DNA of 64,000 nt from an uncultured bacterium (GTDB lineage Bacteria; Patescibacteriota; Patescibacteriia; Patescibacteriales; UBA12465), in NCBI GenBank assembly GCA_938003925.1, contig CALKWQ010000022.1, positions 90,278-154,277 of the forward strand. The letters are read 5' to 3'. The first letter of the stretch is position 1. Every line of letters starts with the position of its first letter. Below, one piece after another: positions 49,896 to 61,165 of the stretch. The notes beneath the pieces were generated by a model, which did not search any database, was not told the DNA's origin, and was given only the letters and a program-made list of their open reading frames with translations. A program made the position numbers and the translations under genes.

Positions 49896-52859
49896 CTAAT
49901 GCTGGCGAAATTCGCAAATATTCTTAAAATCGCAGAATTTACACATCTCAGAAGGTTTCGGCGAAAAATTACGAGATTTAATCGCTTTAATTTGAGCAGC
50001 GATCTCTAATTTAAGCTTATCTTTCTCCGTTTCTTTTGGGCTGAAAGAGATTACATTGCCACTTTCTACGTAATAGTATTTTAGAGATAAAACTTTAATT
50101 TGTAAAACCTCCTCCAAAAACAGTTGATAGAGTATGAGTTGACGTTTATCTGCCCAGACCAACTTATCCTTCGTGCGTCCAGTCTTATAATCAATAACTT
50201 CAACGCCGCCGTCCACTTGATCAACTCGATCAATTGTGCCCTTGATAGTCTCTCCAGCTATCTTAAAAGCAAAGTTTTTCTCTAAAAACAAGGGTTGCGG
50301 CTGCTTACCGTCAGCAACAAAGAAAGCTTGCAAAAAATCACCGAGCGCTTGCTGAGCTTTCTGTAGATATTCTTCTCTCTGATTCGCACTTTCATAACCG
50401 TCATTTACCCAATGCCTCTTTAAGATTTTTTGTAAGTTGGTCAGACTAAAAGACTCATTTGTTAAAGCAGACTTGCCGAATAAACTAGCTTGCGGACCAC
50501 TGATTAGAGGTTTGAGAAAATCGTAAAAAACTTGATGCATCACCCGTCCGAAAATTAAGCTGGGCTTATCCGCCGGAGCTGGTATTTTTAAAACAAAGGC
50601 AAATTTATACTGTAACGGACAGTTGTCGAAAGCGGCCAATTGTGAAAAAGAAAAACGTTTAGGTAATTGTTCCGGCTTCAGCTCGGTAGCTAAAAATTCT
50701 AGTCCTTCAGCAGCTAAATCCCTTAATAATTCATTGGGCTCGGCCGTTGCTGCCACCGTATTAGTCGCTAAACCGGCCTCAGCTATAAAGCGAGAAGGCT
50801 TTTTCTCTCTAGCGCCACCATAATCTTGAGCGCTAGTAACATATAATTCCCTTTTGGCTCGAGTAAGCGCCACATAAAATAGGCGTCGCTCCTCTTCTAA
50901 ATGCGCATCCCTAGAATCAACCAAAACCTCTTTGACCAGACCTGATGGTAGCGGTATTTTTTCACTGCGATTGATGGTTGGGAATTTTTTGTCCGCTACA
51001 TTCACCACAAATACATAGGGAAATTCTAAACCTTTGGCGGCATGTACAGTCATGACCTTAACAGTATCCGCGTCCACAAAATCTAAACGTAAAGCGCCGC
51101 TATCACCAGCCTCCAACTCTAATTCCATAGCAGTCATAAAATCAGACAAGCGCGTCTCTGGTGCTCCTGCCTCCAGACGTTTCATCTTCTGATAAAATTG
51201 ATTGAGGTAAGAAAAGGTTTCTTGATCACGATCTAAATCTAAGCCCTTAATCAAACCAGATTCTTCTACAAATTTAAAAAACAGGCGACTGGGCAAGGTT
51301 GAAGCTACCAGCAGAGAGTGTTTAGCTACTAGCTGCAGCAAAGAACGAATTGCCGGCAAAGCCTCTGCGCTTAAATCAGGTACCAACTCAGCTTGTTGCA
51401 AAGTTTCAAATAATGACCAGGCTTTACGTCTAGCAAAACGGCTTAAATTGATAATATCGGTATGAGCTACCTTAAATGGCTCTAAATTCAATACTCTAAA
51501 TAAAGCAGATGACTCGTGATAATTATCTAACAAACGCAAGTAAGCCAAGCAATCCAAAATAATTGGCTTATAATACAACCCGCGTAAAGACACAAACTGA
51601 TTAGGGATGCCTTGCCGACTAAGCTCTTTGACAAATAAGTCGGCGGTGTCATTAGAGCGAGTGAGGACAGCAAAATCAGACCAAGCCGCACCCTCTTCAG
51701 TAGCCTGATTCCGCTGATAAATTTCTAAAATCTTCCCCGCCACAAAACTAAGTTCGTCCTCTTGTCTAGACAAGAGTGAAAAAGTAGGCGGCTGTCCTAA
51801 ATCAGCATCTTTACCAGCGGCAATAAGAGCCTTATTGATATTTAGCTTATCCTCTAAACGATTAGGATTATTATGTTTAATGAAACTATGCGCCGCATCT
51901 AAAATGTCCTGGCGAGAACGATAATTAGCAGTTAAAATCACCTCTTTAGCTTGAGGGAAGTCATCTTTAAACTGCATAATATTAGCCAAAGAAGCTCCAC
52001 GAAAACGATAAATTGCCTGATCATCGTCACCCACTACCATCAAATTATAATTAGGAGCTGCTAATAATTTCACCAGTTCATACTGAGCCCAATTGGTGTC
52101 CTGAAACTCATCCACCATCAAATATATAAATTTTTCTCGATAGTATTTTAAGATATTAGGACGATGCTGTAACAATCTAAGAGTGTAAATAATTAAATCA
52201 CCAAAATCTAACCAACTATTTTCCAACAGTAATTGATTATAAACCTGGTAAGCGCCAGCAAGCTCTTGCAAACGAGAGCCTTCTATTATATCCTCCGCAG
52301 AATCTTCGTCATCTTTGATACTGTCAGCGTCATGATTGTATTTTAAAGCATGTTTTTCTGCATAAGCTAAATATTCCGTAGTCGAAATATTTTCGTCTTT
52401 CAAGCGAGAAAAATGCTTCAACAATTCAGAGATAAACTTGGTGGGATTGCCTAAGGGCCGGTAATAATCTAGAGCGAAAAGGGATAAATTCTTTTTCACC
52501 ATCATCCATTGTTCCGTTGTACTTAAAACTCTAAAATCAGCTGGTAAGCCAATATCTAAGGCGTGCTCGCGCAGAATCCGTTCACAAAAACTATGGAAAG
52601 TATTAATCCATAGATCAAGATAACCATAAGGAAGCAAACGATCGGCTCGTTCTTCCATTTCTTGAGCTGCCTTTTCTGTAAATGTCAAAAGCAACACCCG
52701 ATCGCTACTTAGTTTTTCCTGCTCTAAAATATCAGCCAACCGATTAACTAAAACTGTAGTCTTGCCGGTACCAGCTCCCGCCACTACTAACAATGGGCCC
52801 TGGCGATGCTCAATAGCCTCCTGCTGACTGGCGTTAAATTTATTCTGAGTTGTAGCCAT
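49896..52859 (-). CDS. UvrD/PcrA/AddA-type helicase fused to a C-terminal PD-(D/E)xK, Cas4/AddB-like Fe-S nuclease
   Basis: Walker A GAGTGKTT, LMVDEFQDTN, VGDDDQAIYRFRGA and TVHAAKGLEF. In the C-terminus, NCPLQYKF..., IDRVD...VIDYKTG and CKFCDFKNIC (C-xn-CxxCx5C). Confidence 0.85.
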   Translation of the reverse strand: MATTQNKFNASQQEAIEHRQGPLLVVAGAGTGKTTVLVNRLADILEQEKLSSDRVLLLTFTEKAAQEMEERADRLLPYGYLDLWINTFHSFCERILREHALDIGLPADFRVLSTTEQWMMVKKNLSLFALDYYRPLGNPTKFISELLKHFSRLKDENISTTEYLAYAEKHALKYNHDADSIKDDEDSAEDIIEGSRLQELAGAYQVYNQLLLENSWLDFGDLIIYTLRLLQHRPNILKYYREKFIYLMVDEFQDTNWAQYELVKLLAAPNYNLMVVGDDDQAIYRFRGASLANIMQFKDDFPQAKEVILTANYRSRQDILDAAHSFIKHNNPNRLEDKLNINKALIAAGKDADLGQPPTFSLLSRQEDELSFVAGKILEIYQRNQATEEGAAWSDFAVLTRSNDTADLFVKELSRQGIPNQFVSLRGLYYKPIILDCLAYLRLLDNYHESSALFRVLNLEPFKVAHTDIINLSRFARRKAWSLFETLQQAELVPDLSAEALPAIRSLLQLVAKHSLLVASTLPSRLFFKFVEESGLIKGLDLDRDQETFSYLNQFYQKMKRLEAGAPETRLSDFMTAMELELEAGDSGALRLDFVDADTVKVMTVHAAKGLEFPYVFVVNVADKKFPTINRSEKIPLPSGLVKEVLVDSRDAHLEEERRLFYVALTRAKRELYVTSAQDYGGAREKKPSRFIAEAGLATNTVAATAEPNELLRDLAAEGLEFLATELKPEQLPKRFSFSQLAAFDNCPLQYKFAFVLKIPAPADKPSLIFGRVMHQVFYDFLKPLISGPQASLFGKSALTNESFSLTNLQKILKRHWVNDGYESANQREEYLQKAQQALGDFLQAFFVADGKQPQPLFLEKNFAFKIAGETIKGTIDRVDQVDGGVEVIDYKTGRTKDKLVWADKRQLILYQLFLEEVLQIKVLSLKYYYVESGNVISFSPKETEKDKLKLEIAAQIKAIKSRNFSPKPSEMCKFCDFKNICEFRQH

Positions 52860-52866
52860 AAGCCAT

Positions 52867-54141
52867 TTAAAGTTTAAGCAAGCGACGCAAACGCGCCTGT
52901 TCGCCTGTTTTAACGGGCCCGATTAAGGCAAGATTGAGGCCCTGATTCTTCATAATCATAGCCGCAGCCCGACGTAAGTCGGCGACACTGAGAGCGCGCA
53001 AACGTTGTTCTAAATCTTGAGGGTCTATAAATTTATTACGTAAAATTGCTTGACGACCATACCAGCTAGCCACTTCGTCGCTGGCTTCTAACTGCATCAA
53101 CAGACGACCGGAGATTAAATCCTTAGCTCTGGATAATTCCTCAGCCGAGACGTCTTCATTGGCAATGCGACGATATTCTTGCAAAATAATCGCCACAGCT
53201 GCCTCTGCCTTATCTCTAGGTACTCCAGCCTGTGTGCTCAAATAGCCTGAATCGGAATAAAATTCGGCGGTAGTTTTAACGTAATAAGCTAAACCAGAGC
53301 GTTCGCGTAAAGAAATAAACAGCCTTGAACTCATAGAGCCTCCCAAAATGACACTGAGTAATTTCACGGCCAATTCCTGAGGATGGCCAACTGGAAATGA
53401 ACGCACGGCCAAGGCGAGATTGACTTGATCAGTTTTCTTAACGACCACTTTAAAAGCTGGCGCTAGCTGTTTTTCTTTCACAGCTGGTTTATCACGCCAA
53501 GGATTACGCCCAAATTGACTAAAAATCTTCACCGCCGCCTTCTGATCAGCGGCACTAACAGCGCCGCTCAAAATCACACTCATACTAGCAGCTCCATATT
53601 GACGTTGAAAATAGCGCAGAAAGTCGCGACGCTGAAAAGATTGAATATTCTTTTTGGTGCCAATAGTATCCCAGCCTGCAGGCGTATCGCCGTACAAACA
53701 AGACTCAAGCACATCCTCAACGTGCATCATGGGATTATCCTCATACATGTTTAGCTCTTCAATAATCACTCCTTTTTCTCGTTCTATCTCGGCAGCCTCA
53801 AATTTAGAAGCTTGTAACATATCACCTAGAATATCTAAGGCTGCCTTTAGCTTGCCGGCCGCTACTTTAACATAATAACCGGTATATTCTTTGGAAGTAA
53901 AAGCATTATATTCTCCTCCCAACACGTCCAATTCGGCTGACAGTGATAGGGTGTTGGGACGACGCTCGGTGCCCTTAAAAAACATGTGTTCTAAAAAGTG
54001 AGACAAACCGCTCTCCGCTCGTGTTTCATATTTAGACCCGGTTTTAACCATAACTAGAGCCGTAACGGTTTTTACACCCGGCATAGGGGCTAAAATTAAG
54101 GGAATTTTATTAGACAAAAGCACTTTTTTATGTTTAAACAT
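52867..54141 (-). CDS. M16 family (pitrilysin/insulinase-like) zinc peptidase
   Basis: GLSHFLEHMFFKG (HxxEH) and a downstream E in EREKGVIIEE. The track TTG start at 54228 is replaced by the ATG at 54141. Confidence 0.85.
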   Translation of the reverse strand: MFKHKKVLLSNKIPLILAPMPGVKTVTALVMVKTGSKYETRAESGLSHFLEHMFFKGTERRPNTLSLSAELDVLGGEYNAFTSKEYTGYYVKVAAGKLKAALDILGDMLQASKFEAAEIEREKGVIIEELNMYEDNPMMHVEDVLESCLYGDTPAGWDTIGTKKNIQSFQRRDFLRYFQRQYGAASMSVILSGAVSAADQKAAVKIFSQFGRNPWRDKPAVKEKQLAPAFKVVVKKTDQVNLALAVRSFPVGHPQELAVKLLSVILGGSMSSRLFISLRERSGLAYYVKTTAEFYSDSGYLSTQAGVPRDKAEAAVAIILQEYRRIANEDVSAEELSRAKDLISGRLLMQLEASDEVASWYGRQAILRNKFIDPQDLEQRLRALSVADLRRAAAMIMKNQGLNLALIGPVKTGEQARLRRLLKL

Positions 54142-54232
54142 AGAGATAAATGAAATAAAATTATATTTTAAATTTAACACATCTCTGTTATAATGGAAAG
54201 CGAAAGCAACTACTTTAATTTTTGCCAATTAT

Positions 54233-54949
54233 ATGCCTTATCGCCTAAAATCTAGCCCCACTACCATCAACCATGGACGCGCTTACGAGATTAAAAAAGT
54301 ACGTGACATGGCCGAGGGAGAAAAGCCGCGCGAAAAAATGATTGCTGAAGGTGTTGGAGCTTTAAGCATGGCCGAATTACTCGCTGTAGTACTAGGAGTA
54401 GGAACTAAGCGTGAAGAAGTGTTTGCAATGTCTTCTAGGTTACTACGAGAATACGGCGAAAAGGCTATTGCTTCACAAAAAGACCCCATAACCATCACCA
54501 AAGAGTTGAATTTGCCCACCAACAAAGCTTGTCAGATTGTAGCTTGTTTTGAACTCGGACGCCGACTTTTTCAAAAGAAACCTGGCGGGCTCATTACTAT
54601 TCGCAATGCCGCCCAAGCTTTTGCCTACCTAAAAGACATGAGCAATTTAAAAAAAGAACAATTTCGCGGCCTCTATCTCAATAATCATTACCAATTAATC
54701 CATGATGAAGTAATTTCCATTGGTACAATTGATGCCTCTTTAGTACAAGCTAGGGAAGTGTTTCGCCCCGCCTTAGAATATGGCGCCAGCGCCATCATCA
54801 TCGCTCACAATCATCCTTCGGGCATCTTAAAATCTAATCGTAATGATGCCGAAATAACCGACAACCTCTTGGCGGCTGGTAAAATTTTAGACGTAGAAAT
54901 TCTTGACCATCTCATTATTGGCAACGGTAAATATTTAAGTATTATCTAA
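54233..54949 (+). CDS. radC: RadC-like JAB/MPN domain protein
   Basis: EKPREKMIAEGVGALSMAELLAVVLGVGT and the JAMM motif AIIIAHNHPSG. Confidence 0.9.
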   Translation: MPYRLKSSPTTINHGRAYEIKKVRDMAEGEKPREKMIAEGVGALSMAELLAVVLGVGTKREEVFAMSSRLLREYGEKAIASQKDPITITKELNLPTNKACQIVACFELGRRLFQKKPGGLITIRNAAQAFAYLKDMSNLKKEQFRGLYLNNHYQLIHDEVISIGTIDASLVQAREVFRPALEYGASAIIIAHNHPSGILKSNRNDAEITDNLLAAGKILDVEILDHLIIGNGKYLSII

Positions 54950-55251
54950 TGGCTCCGACTAATCATAACTACCAGCTTCACCGCACCGCCAGGCTATTAA
55001 AAGACGCAGCCAGCGTTAAATTTCATGTGGATAATAATGACTACTTTGGTACTGCTGCCACTTTAGTGCGTCTATTGCAACAACAATGGCGCGAAGGTAT
55101 CAAAAAAGCGCCCGCAGCAGAGATGGCGCTTATAGAACAAGCTTTTAAAAATTTAGAAAATGACTTGCTGTTATTACAGAAAAACTACCACATTAAAGCT
55201 AACACTAGAAAAACTAAAATCGACCCAAAGGGCAAACTGAATAGCCAATGA
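54949..55251 (+). CDS. hypothetical protein
   Basis: 100 aa. Its ATG overlaps the radC stop (TAATG), suggesting coupling. No family recognised. The 3' end overlaps the convergent gene by 67 nt. Confidence 0.4.
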   Translation: MAPTNHNYQLHRTARLLKDAASVKFHVDNNDYFGTAATLVRLLQQQWREGIKKAPAAEMALIEQAFKNLENDLLLLQKNYHIKANTRKTKIDPKGKLNSQ

Positions 55252-56444
55252 TCAAATAAGGTTAAAACAAATAAGGCAAAAAATAAACCAGTCAGCCGGC
55301 GCAGCCGGCTTTTTTGATAGCTTTTAAACCATAGACCAGCTAAAGCAATCACAAAAAATATACCGCTCTCCGCTGCTGCCAACAACCAATAATTATGAGC
55401 TGGCTGATAAGCCCAAGGTGGCTGCATCACTCCGTTTAGCTGATCTTGCTGTCGAGCCGACAAAGTAGAGGCACCCAAGCCGCTCCCCTGTAGCGGTCGC
55501 TGGAGCAAATCCTGCCAAGCGCGTTGATTAAATTGATGACGATCACGCAGAGATATTTGTTCTAAGCGATTATCCAGGCGGCTACGAGCCCAAAATAAAT
55601 CTTGGTACTGAAGACCAAATAGCACTCCAGATAGCACCGACAAGACCAGGATGGCTGTCGCCAAGCGCTTATTAATAATCAAAAAACGACGATTATCAAC
55701 TACCGACACCAGTAAGCCAACTGCCAGAGCGAGAACCGCTGCCCGAGAGAAAGACACAAAAGTAGCGGCTAAAAAAATGGTATAAATACTCAAAAATAAA
55801 ACTCGCTTCCATCGCGATGTAGTAGCAAATAATAAATATAAGCTGCCCACAGCCGCTAAAGCCATTAAACCACCAAAAACGTTAGGGTGGTCACTAGCAC
55901 CATAAGCGCGCAACCAACGACCATTTTCAGTCTCAACTACTGTTGCGCCTAAGTCACTAGCTTGATGATAAGCTATGCCTAAATAACCACTAGACCAAGA
56001 GGTTTGAGTAAAAAATTGCCCCAAACCGATAATGGCCTGCAAAGTTAAACTGATGACTAGCAGTTGAGCCAAATAAAGACGTTTTGGTGCCGGCAAACCA
56101 ATAATTAAAAAACTCAAGCCCAAAGCACTGAAGAATAAGAACGTACGATACCCTGCCAATAGCAAGTCGGGCGAGAAGATGATGGCTATTAAACTAAAGA
56201 GGGTCATCGTAACCAAAAACAAGCGTAAATCGAAAGATGAGTTACCGAGCTTTAGTTTTAGTTGCGACCATAAAGGCAAAGCAGTCAACAAGGTTAGCCA
56301 CAAGATGATAAAAGAAGCAAAAATGGATATTTCCCAATAATTACTCAGAGCGGGGCGTAAGATTAATTTTGTCTGCCACGGCAAAACAATGACGGCCAAC
56401 GCCAATAAATAAAAATTTAGACGTGTCCAAAAGATATTATTCAT
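55185..56444 (-). CDS. O-antigen ligase family (Wzy_C) membrane protein
   Basis: About 10-12 TM helices, an extracytoplasmic loop with AYGASDHPNVFGG, and SFSRAAVLALAVGL. Confidence 0.7.
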   Translation of the reverse strand: MNNIFWTRLNFYLLALAVIVLPWQTKLILRPALSNYWEISIFASFIILWLTLLTALPLWSQLKLKLGNSSFDLRLFLVTMTLFSLIAIIFSPDLLLAGYRTFLFFSALGLSFLIIGLPAPKRLYLAQLLVISLTLQAIIGLGQFFTQTSWSSGYLGIAYHQASDLGATVVETENGRWLRAYGASDHPNVFGGLMALAAVGSLYLLFATTSRWKRVLFLSIYTIFLAATFVSFSRAAVLALAVGLLVSVVDNRRFLIINKRLATAILVLSVLSGVLFGLQYQDLFWARSRLDNRLEQISLRDRHQFNQRAWQDLLQRPLQGSGLGASTLSARQQDQLNGVMQPPWAYQPAHNYWLLAAAESGIFFVIALAGLWFKSYQKSRLRRLTGLFFALFVLTLFDHWLFSLPFGSILVFLVLALMW

Positions 56445-57381
56445 GGAATAAGCGTCGTAAGCGTTCTTGATAACGGCGCATAAATTCTTGACGGCGGTCT
56501 ACTAAGTATAATTTTAGGACTCCCGGACGAATCACTACCCGCGAGTCTTGATTAATCTTTTCCTGTAAAACTGCCGGCATAATTAAAAGCTGAAAAGCGC
56601 GGCTCATTTTTTCCAAACGATCACAAAAATGTTGCCAAAATTTCAATACCAAACGTGGTCTCAGCCAAAAGCGAGGAGATTCTCGATAAGATTGATTATT
56701 AACGACGAAATCACCATTAGGAAGATAACTTCTTAACCAACGATTGGCGGTCATTAGCTGATGGTGGTAGGCGCCAGCATCATACAAGGGATAGAGTCCC
56801 GCCAACCAGAAATGGAAATAATGATCTTCGGGGCCATCAGACAAAGAACTTAAATCTAAATGCGTTTCATCAATGTAAAAGCTTAAACAAATCTTATCAC
56901 GTTTTTTAGAAGGAGTCGGCCGTTGTCGCAAAAACTTCATAATACCAGCACAAAAAAGACGTGTAATCCAAATTCTGTTAGCCTTAGCAACAATAAAAAT
57001 ATCAATATCGCTGCCGTCGCGTAAATTATGACGACCGATGAGGTTGCTTAATGCTGCAAACTTAACTGTCGGCATGAGCTTGAATAAATCCACTGCTCGA
57101 CGGGCAATTTTTAGCTTCCGATTCGCATAGTGGTAGCGCTGTTTGCGCACAGCCACCAAACGTGCTTGACCGGGCAAAAAATAAAAACCCTGTTCGCTGC
57201 CCAATTTACCAGTTACAGCTAACTGGCGAGCGGCGTTATCAGCTTCAGCAAAATTAGCGGCGATACCGACATAACGCCACAATTCATAAGTGGTGAGGGG
57301 ATAGGAAAACATGTCAAAAAAAACAACAATTTTTACAATCGCTTCTTCTAGTTCTGATAATTGACTAAGTTTACTCTCCAT
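56437..57381 (-). CDS. hypothetical protein with a possible nucleotidyltransferase-fold core
   Basis: ALSNLIGRHNLRDGSDIDIFIV resembles the G-S-x-D-x-D NTase signature. It overlaps the downstream Wzy_C gene by 8 nt. Confidence 0.45.
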   Translation of the reverse strand: MESKLSQLSELEEAIVKIVVFFDMFSYPLTTYELWRYVGIAANFAEADNAARQLAVTGKLGSEQGFYFLPGQARLVAVRKQRYHYANRKLKIARRAVDLFKLMPTVKFAALSNLIGRHNLRDGSDIDIFIVAKANRIWITRLFCAGIMKFLRQRPTPSKKRDKICLSFYIDETHLDLSSLSDGPEDHYFHFWLAGLYPLYDAGAYHHQLMTANRWLRSYLPNGDFVVNNQSYRESPRFWLRPRLVLKFWQHFCDRLEKMSRAFQLLIMPAVLQEKINQDSRVVIRPGVLKLYLVDRRQEFMRRYQERLRRLFHE

Positions 57382-57385
57382 AAGT

Positions 57386-58507
57386 TTATTTTGGCCCCTC
57401 TAATTTCATCGGTTCAATTTCACTGGCGCCGCCGGTAATCTTAACAACATCTTTGTCAATCTTTTTAAATTCATGGTAAGCGTTATTATAGTGATTAATA
57501 CTGGTAGATAAACTGCCTCCTAGTTTGCGTAAAAACTCATCATAACTGAGCATGTGTTTACCAAGTTTTTCAATATTTTCCTTAATTTCTTTAGCTTTTT
57601 CTTCGATCTGCATTGCCTTCAAGCCCTGCAACACAGTTTGTAAATATGCTAAAAATGAAGTGGGGGAAACGATAATAACTTTTTTATCACGAAAAGCATA
57701 TTCAATCAAATCACGGGTGTTGACCTTGACTGAGCCGACGGAATTGACTAGCAAGTCATAGTAAATTGCCTCCGAAGGAATAAACATAAACGCAAATTCC
57801 ATCGTTCCTCTTTCTGGCAGCACATACTTAGCTGTCTCATCAATCCTATTTTTTAAATCCTGCTTAAACTGCACCTCAATCTTCTTGCGTACTTCAATGT
57901 CGGTGGTATTTAATAGACGTTCGTAATTCTCTAAAGAAAACTTAGCATCAATTGGAATAATCTTATCTTTCACAAACACCACGGCATCAACAATTAAATC
58001 TTTGCCCGTCTTTTCATTTTTACCTAAAGGATACTGCAAGGCATATGATTTTGGTGGCAAGACATTCTTTAAGGTTTCTTCTAAAAAGTATTCACCCAAT
58101 ACTCCCCGTTGCTTGGGATTTTTAAGAATATCCTGTAATCCCTGGAGCTGAGAGGAAAAATTAATGACCTGTTTGTTGGTCTCGTCCAATTTGGCCAACT
58201 TTTCCGTCACCTCAGCGATTAGTTTGGCTGATTGCCCCGTAATATCCTTAATTACCCGAGTGGTCTGCTCAAACTGCCCCTGGCTAGCCCGGTGAGTTTC
58301 ACTTAATTTCTTATCTAACTCTAGGCGCATTTCTGTGTTCTGCAAAGCTAACTGCGACAGTTTTTCCGACTGCTGCGCCAAACGTTCTAGAGTCGCCACA
58401 GCTTGCAAGTCAGAAACAGGGTTCTTGCGTTTCAATAAAATCATAATTACCGCTGCTAAAGCGAAGAAAATTAAAATGGCTAGCCCTACTAATAATGATT
58501 CATTCAT
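57386..58507 (-). CDS. rmuC: DNA recombination protein RmuC
   Basis: N-terminal TM helix and a long coiled coil, then VDAVVFVKDKIIPIDAKFSLENY and FMFIPSEAIYYDLL. I moved the start to the ATG at 58507 because the track start lies inside the gyrA terminator. Confidence 0.85.
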   Translation of the reverse strand: MNESLLVGLAILIFFALAAVIMILLKRKNPVSDLQAVATLERLAQQSEKLSQLALQNTEMRLELDKKLSETHRASQGQFEQTTRVIKDITGQSAKLIAEVTEKLAKLDETNKQVINFSSQLQGLQDILKNPKQRGVLGEYFLEETLKNVLPPKSYALQYPLGKNEKTGKDLIVDAVVFVKDKIIPIDAKFSLENYERLLNTTDIEVRKKIEVQFKQDLKNRIDETAKYVLPERGTMEFAFMFIPSEAIYYDLLVNSVGSVKVNTRDLIEYAFRDKKVIIVSPTSFLAYLQTVLQGLKAMQIEEKAKEIKENIEKLGKHMLSYDEFLRKLGGSLSTSINHYNNAYHEFKKIDKDVVKITGGASEIEPMKLEGPK

Positions 58508-58543
58508 ATGGAGATAATAAAATCTTAAATAAGTTCTGACTTT

Positions 58544-58573
58544 ATTATACCTTGTTTTGGGAAACTTGAGCAA
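58544..58573 (-). promoter_or_regulatory. candidate rmuC promoter
   Basis: Minus strand TTGCTC-18 nt-TATAAT, between the gyrA terminator and the rmuC ATG. Confidence 0.3.
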
Positions 58574-58590
58574 ACACGCAAGATTAAACA

Positions 58591-58617
58591 AAAAACCGCT
58601 CTCATGAGCGGTTTTTG
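58591..58617 (-). terminator. intrinsic terminator after gyrA
   Basis: ACCGCTC-atga-GAGCGGT stem, followed on the minus strand by tttttt. Confidence 0.75.
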
Positions 58618-58644
58618 TTAAATAAATAGATTAGTAGGGATAAT

Positions 58645-61164
58645 TTAGACCCAAGTCACGCTGGCCACTCGGTCATCTGCATCCTTAAAACGCATAATAC
58701 GCACACCCTGAGTATCGCGACCCAACACACTGACCGTGTTAAACGGGGTGCGAATAACCTGGCCGTTATTAGAAATGATGATTAAATCACGGTCCTCCAT
58801 GGTATCGGCATTGACTAGGAAGGAGTTAGTTATTTCTCCGGTTTTGTCGGTCACCTTGGCTGTCTTAATGCCGCTGCCACCACGCCCCTGAACTTTATAT
58901 AAGGAAAAATCTGTACGCTTGCCACAGCCCTTGGCCATGATGGTTAAAATCTGATAGTTACGTTTCTTTTCCTTATCAGTCTTGGCTATTCCCATGCCCA
59001 CCACGGCATCGTCTTTATGTAAGCGAATACCGTAGACACCGGCTGCGTTGCGCCCCATATCTCGGACATCGGTTTCTTTAAACCTGATAGCCTGACCTTG
59101 GGCAGTAACTAAATGTATATGATCACTACCGGAAGTAGGTTTGGCCCAAATTAAACGATCATCCTCTTTAATCTTAATTGCAATCAAACCGCTGCGACGC
59201 ACATTGTTAAAGGCGGATAGCTCCACTTTCTTCACTAAACCTTTCTCAGTGGCAAAGAAGAGATACTTGCTGCCAAAAATCTTGTCTAAGGGCAAAACCG
59301 AGGTAACGCTTTCTCCGCTAGTTAATTGCAGAAAATTAACAATGGAATTACCTTTGGCAACCCTAGAAGCTTGAGGGATTTCATGAGCCTTTAATTGGAA
59401 AGCTCGACCTCGGGTGGTAAAGAAAAGGATGTCGCTATGAGTGAAGGTCGTGAACATGAACTCTACCGTATCCTCCTCTTTAGTTGTTAGCCCCATCACA
59501 CCCTTGCCGCCGCGAGCCTGCACCTTAAAGGTATCCGGCTCTAGGCGCTTGATATAACCATCACGAGTCATCATCACCATGGTTTCCTCATTAGGCACCA
59601 AGTCTTCTAAACTAAACTCTTTAATGCCATGAGCGGTAACGGCCGTACGACGAGGATTATCAAATTTATCGGCAATAGCTTGAATTTCTTCTTTAATAAT
59701 ACCACGTATCTTCGTAATGGACTTGAGAATGCTTTCTAATTCTTTAATCATCTGCTGTTTCTCTGCCCACTCCTGCTCAATCTTTAATTGTTCTAGGTTG
59801 GCTAAGCTCTGGAGCTTCATCTCCAAAATTGCTACAGCTTGGCGTTCTGACAACTTAAACTTCTTAATTAAACTTAAACGAGCAGCTTCTTTATCGCGAG
59901 AAGCTTTAATAGTCTTAATCACCTCATCAATATTCTTCAAGGCAATTAGCAAACCCTCTAAAATATGAGAACGGTCCTTGGCCTTGTTTAATTCAAACTG
60001 AGTACGGCGGCGAACTACTTCTTCGCGATGTTTAATATACTCCTCTAAGATCATTTTAAGGGTCAAGACTTTGGGCTGAATGCCGTCTACCAAAGCCAGC
60101 ATGTTGACGTGAAAAGTGGTCTGTAAAGAAGTGTGCTTATACAGAGCATTTAAGATTTTCTTGGGATAAGAATCTTTTTTCAATTCAGCCACAATGCGTA
60201 CACCATCTTTATCAGACTCATCACGTAAAGCCTTAATGCCCTCCAACTTTTTATCTTTAACTAAATCAGCAATTTTTTCTACCAAATCGGCTTTATTGAC
60301 TTGATAGGGAATCTCGGAAATAATAATTTGAAAATTACCGCCCTTTTGTTCTTCAATTTCCGCTTTGCCGCGAATAATAATACCGCCCTTACCGGTCGCA
60401 TAAGCAGCGGAGATATCTTTTTGATTATAAATAATACCGCCGGTAGGAAAATCGGGGCCCTTCACGAATTGCATTAGATCATCAATGCTGGCCTCAGGAT
60501 TATCTAATAAATAACTAATTGCTGCTACCAATTCACCTAAATTATGCGGCGGTATGTTGGTGGACATACCAACAGCAATACCCATGGTACCATTGAGCAA
60601 CAAATTTGGCAGTTTAGCCGGTAAAACCTGCGGTTCTTTATGAGAGCCATCGTAATTGGGAATGAAATTAACTGTGTCCTTCTCAATATCAAACAACATT
60701 TCTTCAGCAATGCCAGCCAACTTAGCCTCAGTATAACGCATAGCCGCGGCTGGGTCGCCATCCATCGAGCCGTAGTTTCCTTGACCGCGCACCAAGGGAT
60801 AACGCATGGAAAAATCCTGAGCTAGACGCACCATGGAATAGTAGACAGCGCTATCGCCATGAGGATGATATTTACCTAAAACCTCACCAACCACGGTAGC
60901 AGATTTACGGAATTTAGCGTTAGCTCGCAGGCCGATACTCCACATTGCGTATAAAATGCGGCGATGCACCGGTTTTAAACCATCGCGAACGTCCGGTAAG
61001 GCCCGAGAAATGATTACGCTCATCGCATATTCAAGATATGAGCGACTCATCTCTTCAACCAAGGGCTGATCCTGAATTAAGCCGAAAGTGGATTGGCGCT
61101 GATTACTAGGCAAAACCTCAGTAATATTGTTTTCTAAATCCTCCGGATTTTGATCTTTTTTCAT
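58645..61164 (-). CDS. gyrA: DNA gyrase subunit A
   Basis: [20 protein letters not shown], the active-site context AAMRYTE, and C-terminal beta-pinwheel repeats. I moved the start to the ATG at 61164, 1 nt after the upstream stop. Confidence 0.95.
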   Translation of the reverse strand: MKKDQNPEDLENNITEVLPSNQRQSTFGLIQDQPLVEEMSRSYLEYAMSVIISRALPDVRDGLKPVHRRILYAMWSIGLRANAKFRKSATVVGEVLGKYHPHGDSAVYYSMVRLAQDFSMRYPLVRGQGNYGSMDGDPAAAMRYTEAKLAGIAEEMLFDIEKDTVNFIPNYDGSHKEPQVLPAKLPNLLLNGTMGIAVGMSTNIPPHNLGELVAAISYLLDNPEASIDDLMQFVKGPDFPTGGIIYNQKDISAAYATGKGGIIIRGKAEIEEQKGGNFQIIISEIPYQVNKADLVEKIADLVKDKKLEGIKALRDESDKDGVRIVAELKKDSYPKKILNALYKHTSLQTTFHVNMLALVDGIQPKVLTLKMILEEYIKHREEVVRRRTQFELNKAKDRSHILEGLLIALKNIDEVIKTIKASRDKEAARLSLIKKFKLSERQAVAILEMKLQSLANLEQLKIEQEWAEKQQMIKELESILKSITKIRGIIKEEIQAIADKFDNPRRTAVTAHGIKEFSLEDLVPNEETMVMMTRDGYIKRLEPDTFKVQARGGKGVMGLTTKEEDTVEFMFTTFTHSDILFFTTRGRAFQLKAHEIPQASRVAKGNSIVNFLQLTSGESVTSVLPLDKIFGSKYLFFATEKGLVKKVELSAFNNVRRSGLIAIKIKEDDRLIWAKPTSGSDHIHLVTAQGQAIRFKETDVRDMGRNAAGVYGIRLHKDDAVVGMGIAKTDKEKKRNYQILTIMAKGCGKRTDFSLYKVQGRGGSGIKTAKVTDKTGEITNSFLVNADTMEDRDLIIISNNGQVIRTPFNTVSVLGRDTQGVRIMRFKDADDRVASVTWV

Positions 61165-61165
61165 A

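Noticed and set aside
55185-55251. 67-nt convergent overlap between the 100-aa hypothetical ORF and the Wzy_C-family gene
   Set aside because: It is probably an artefact of uncertain ends of a weakly supported small ORF rather than a regulatory antisense arrangement. No supporting structure was seen.
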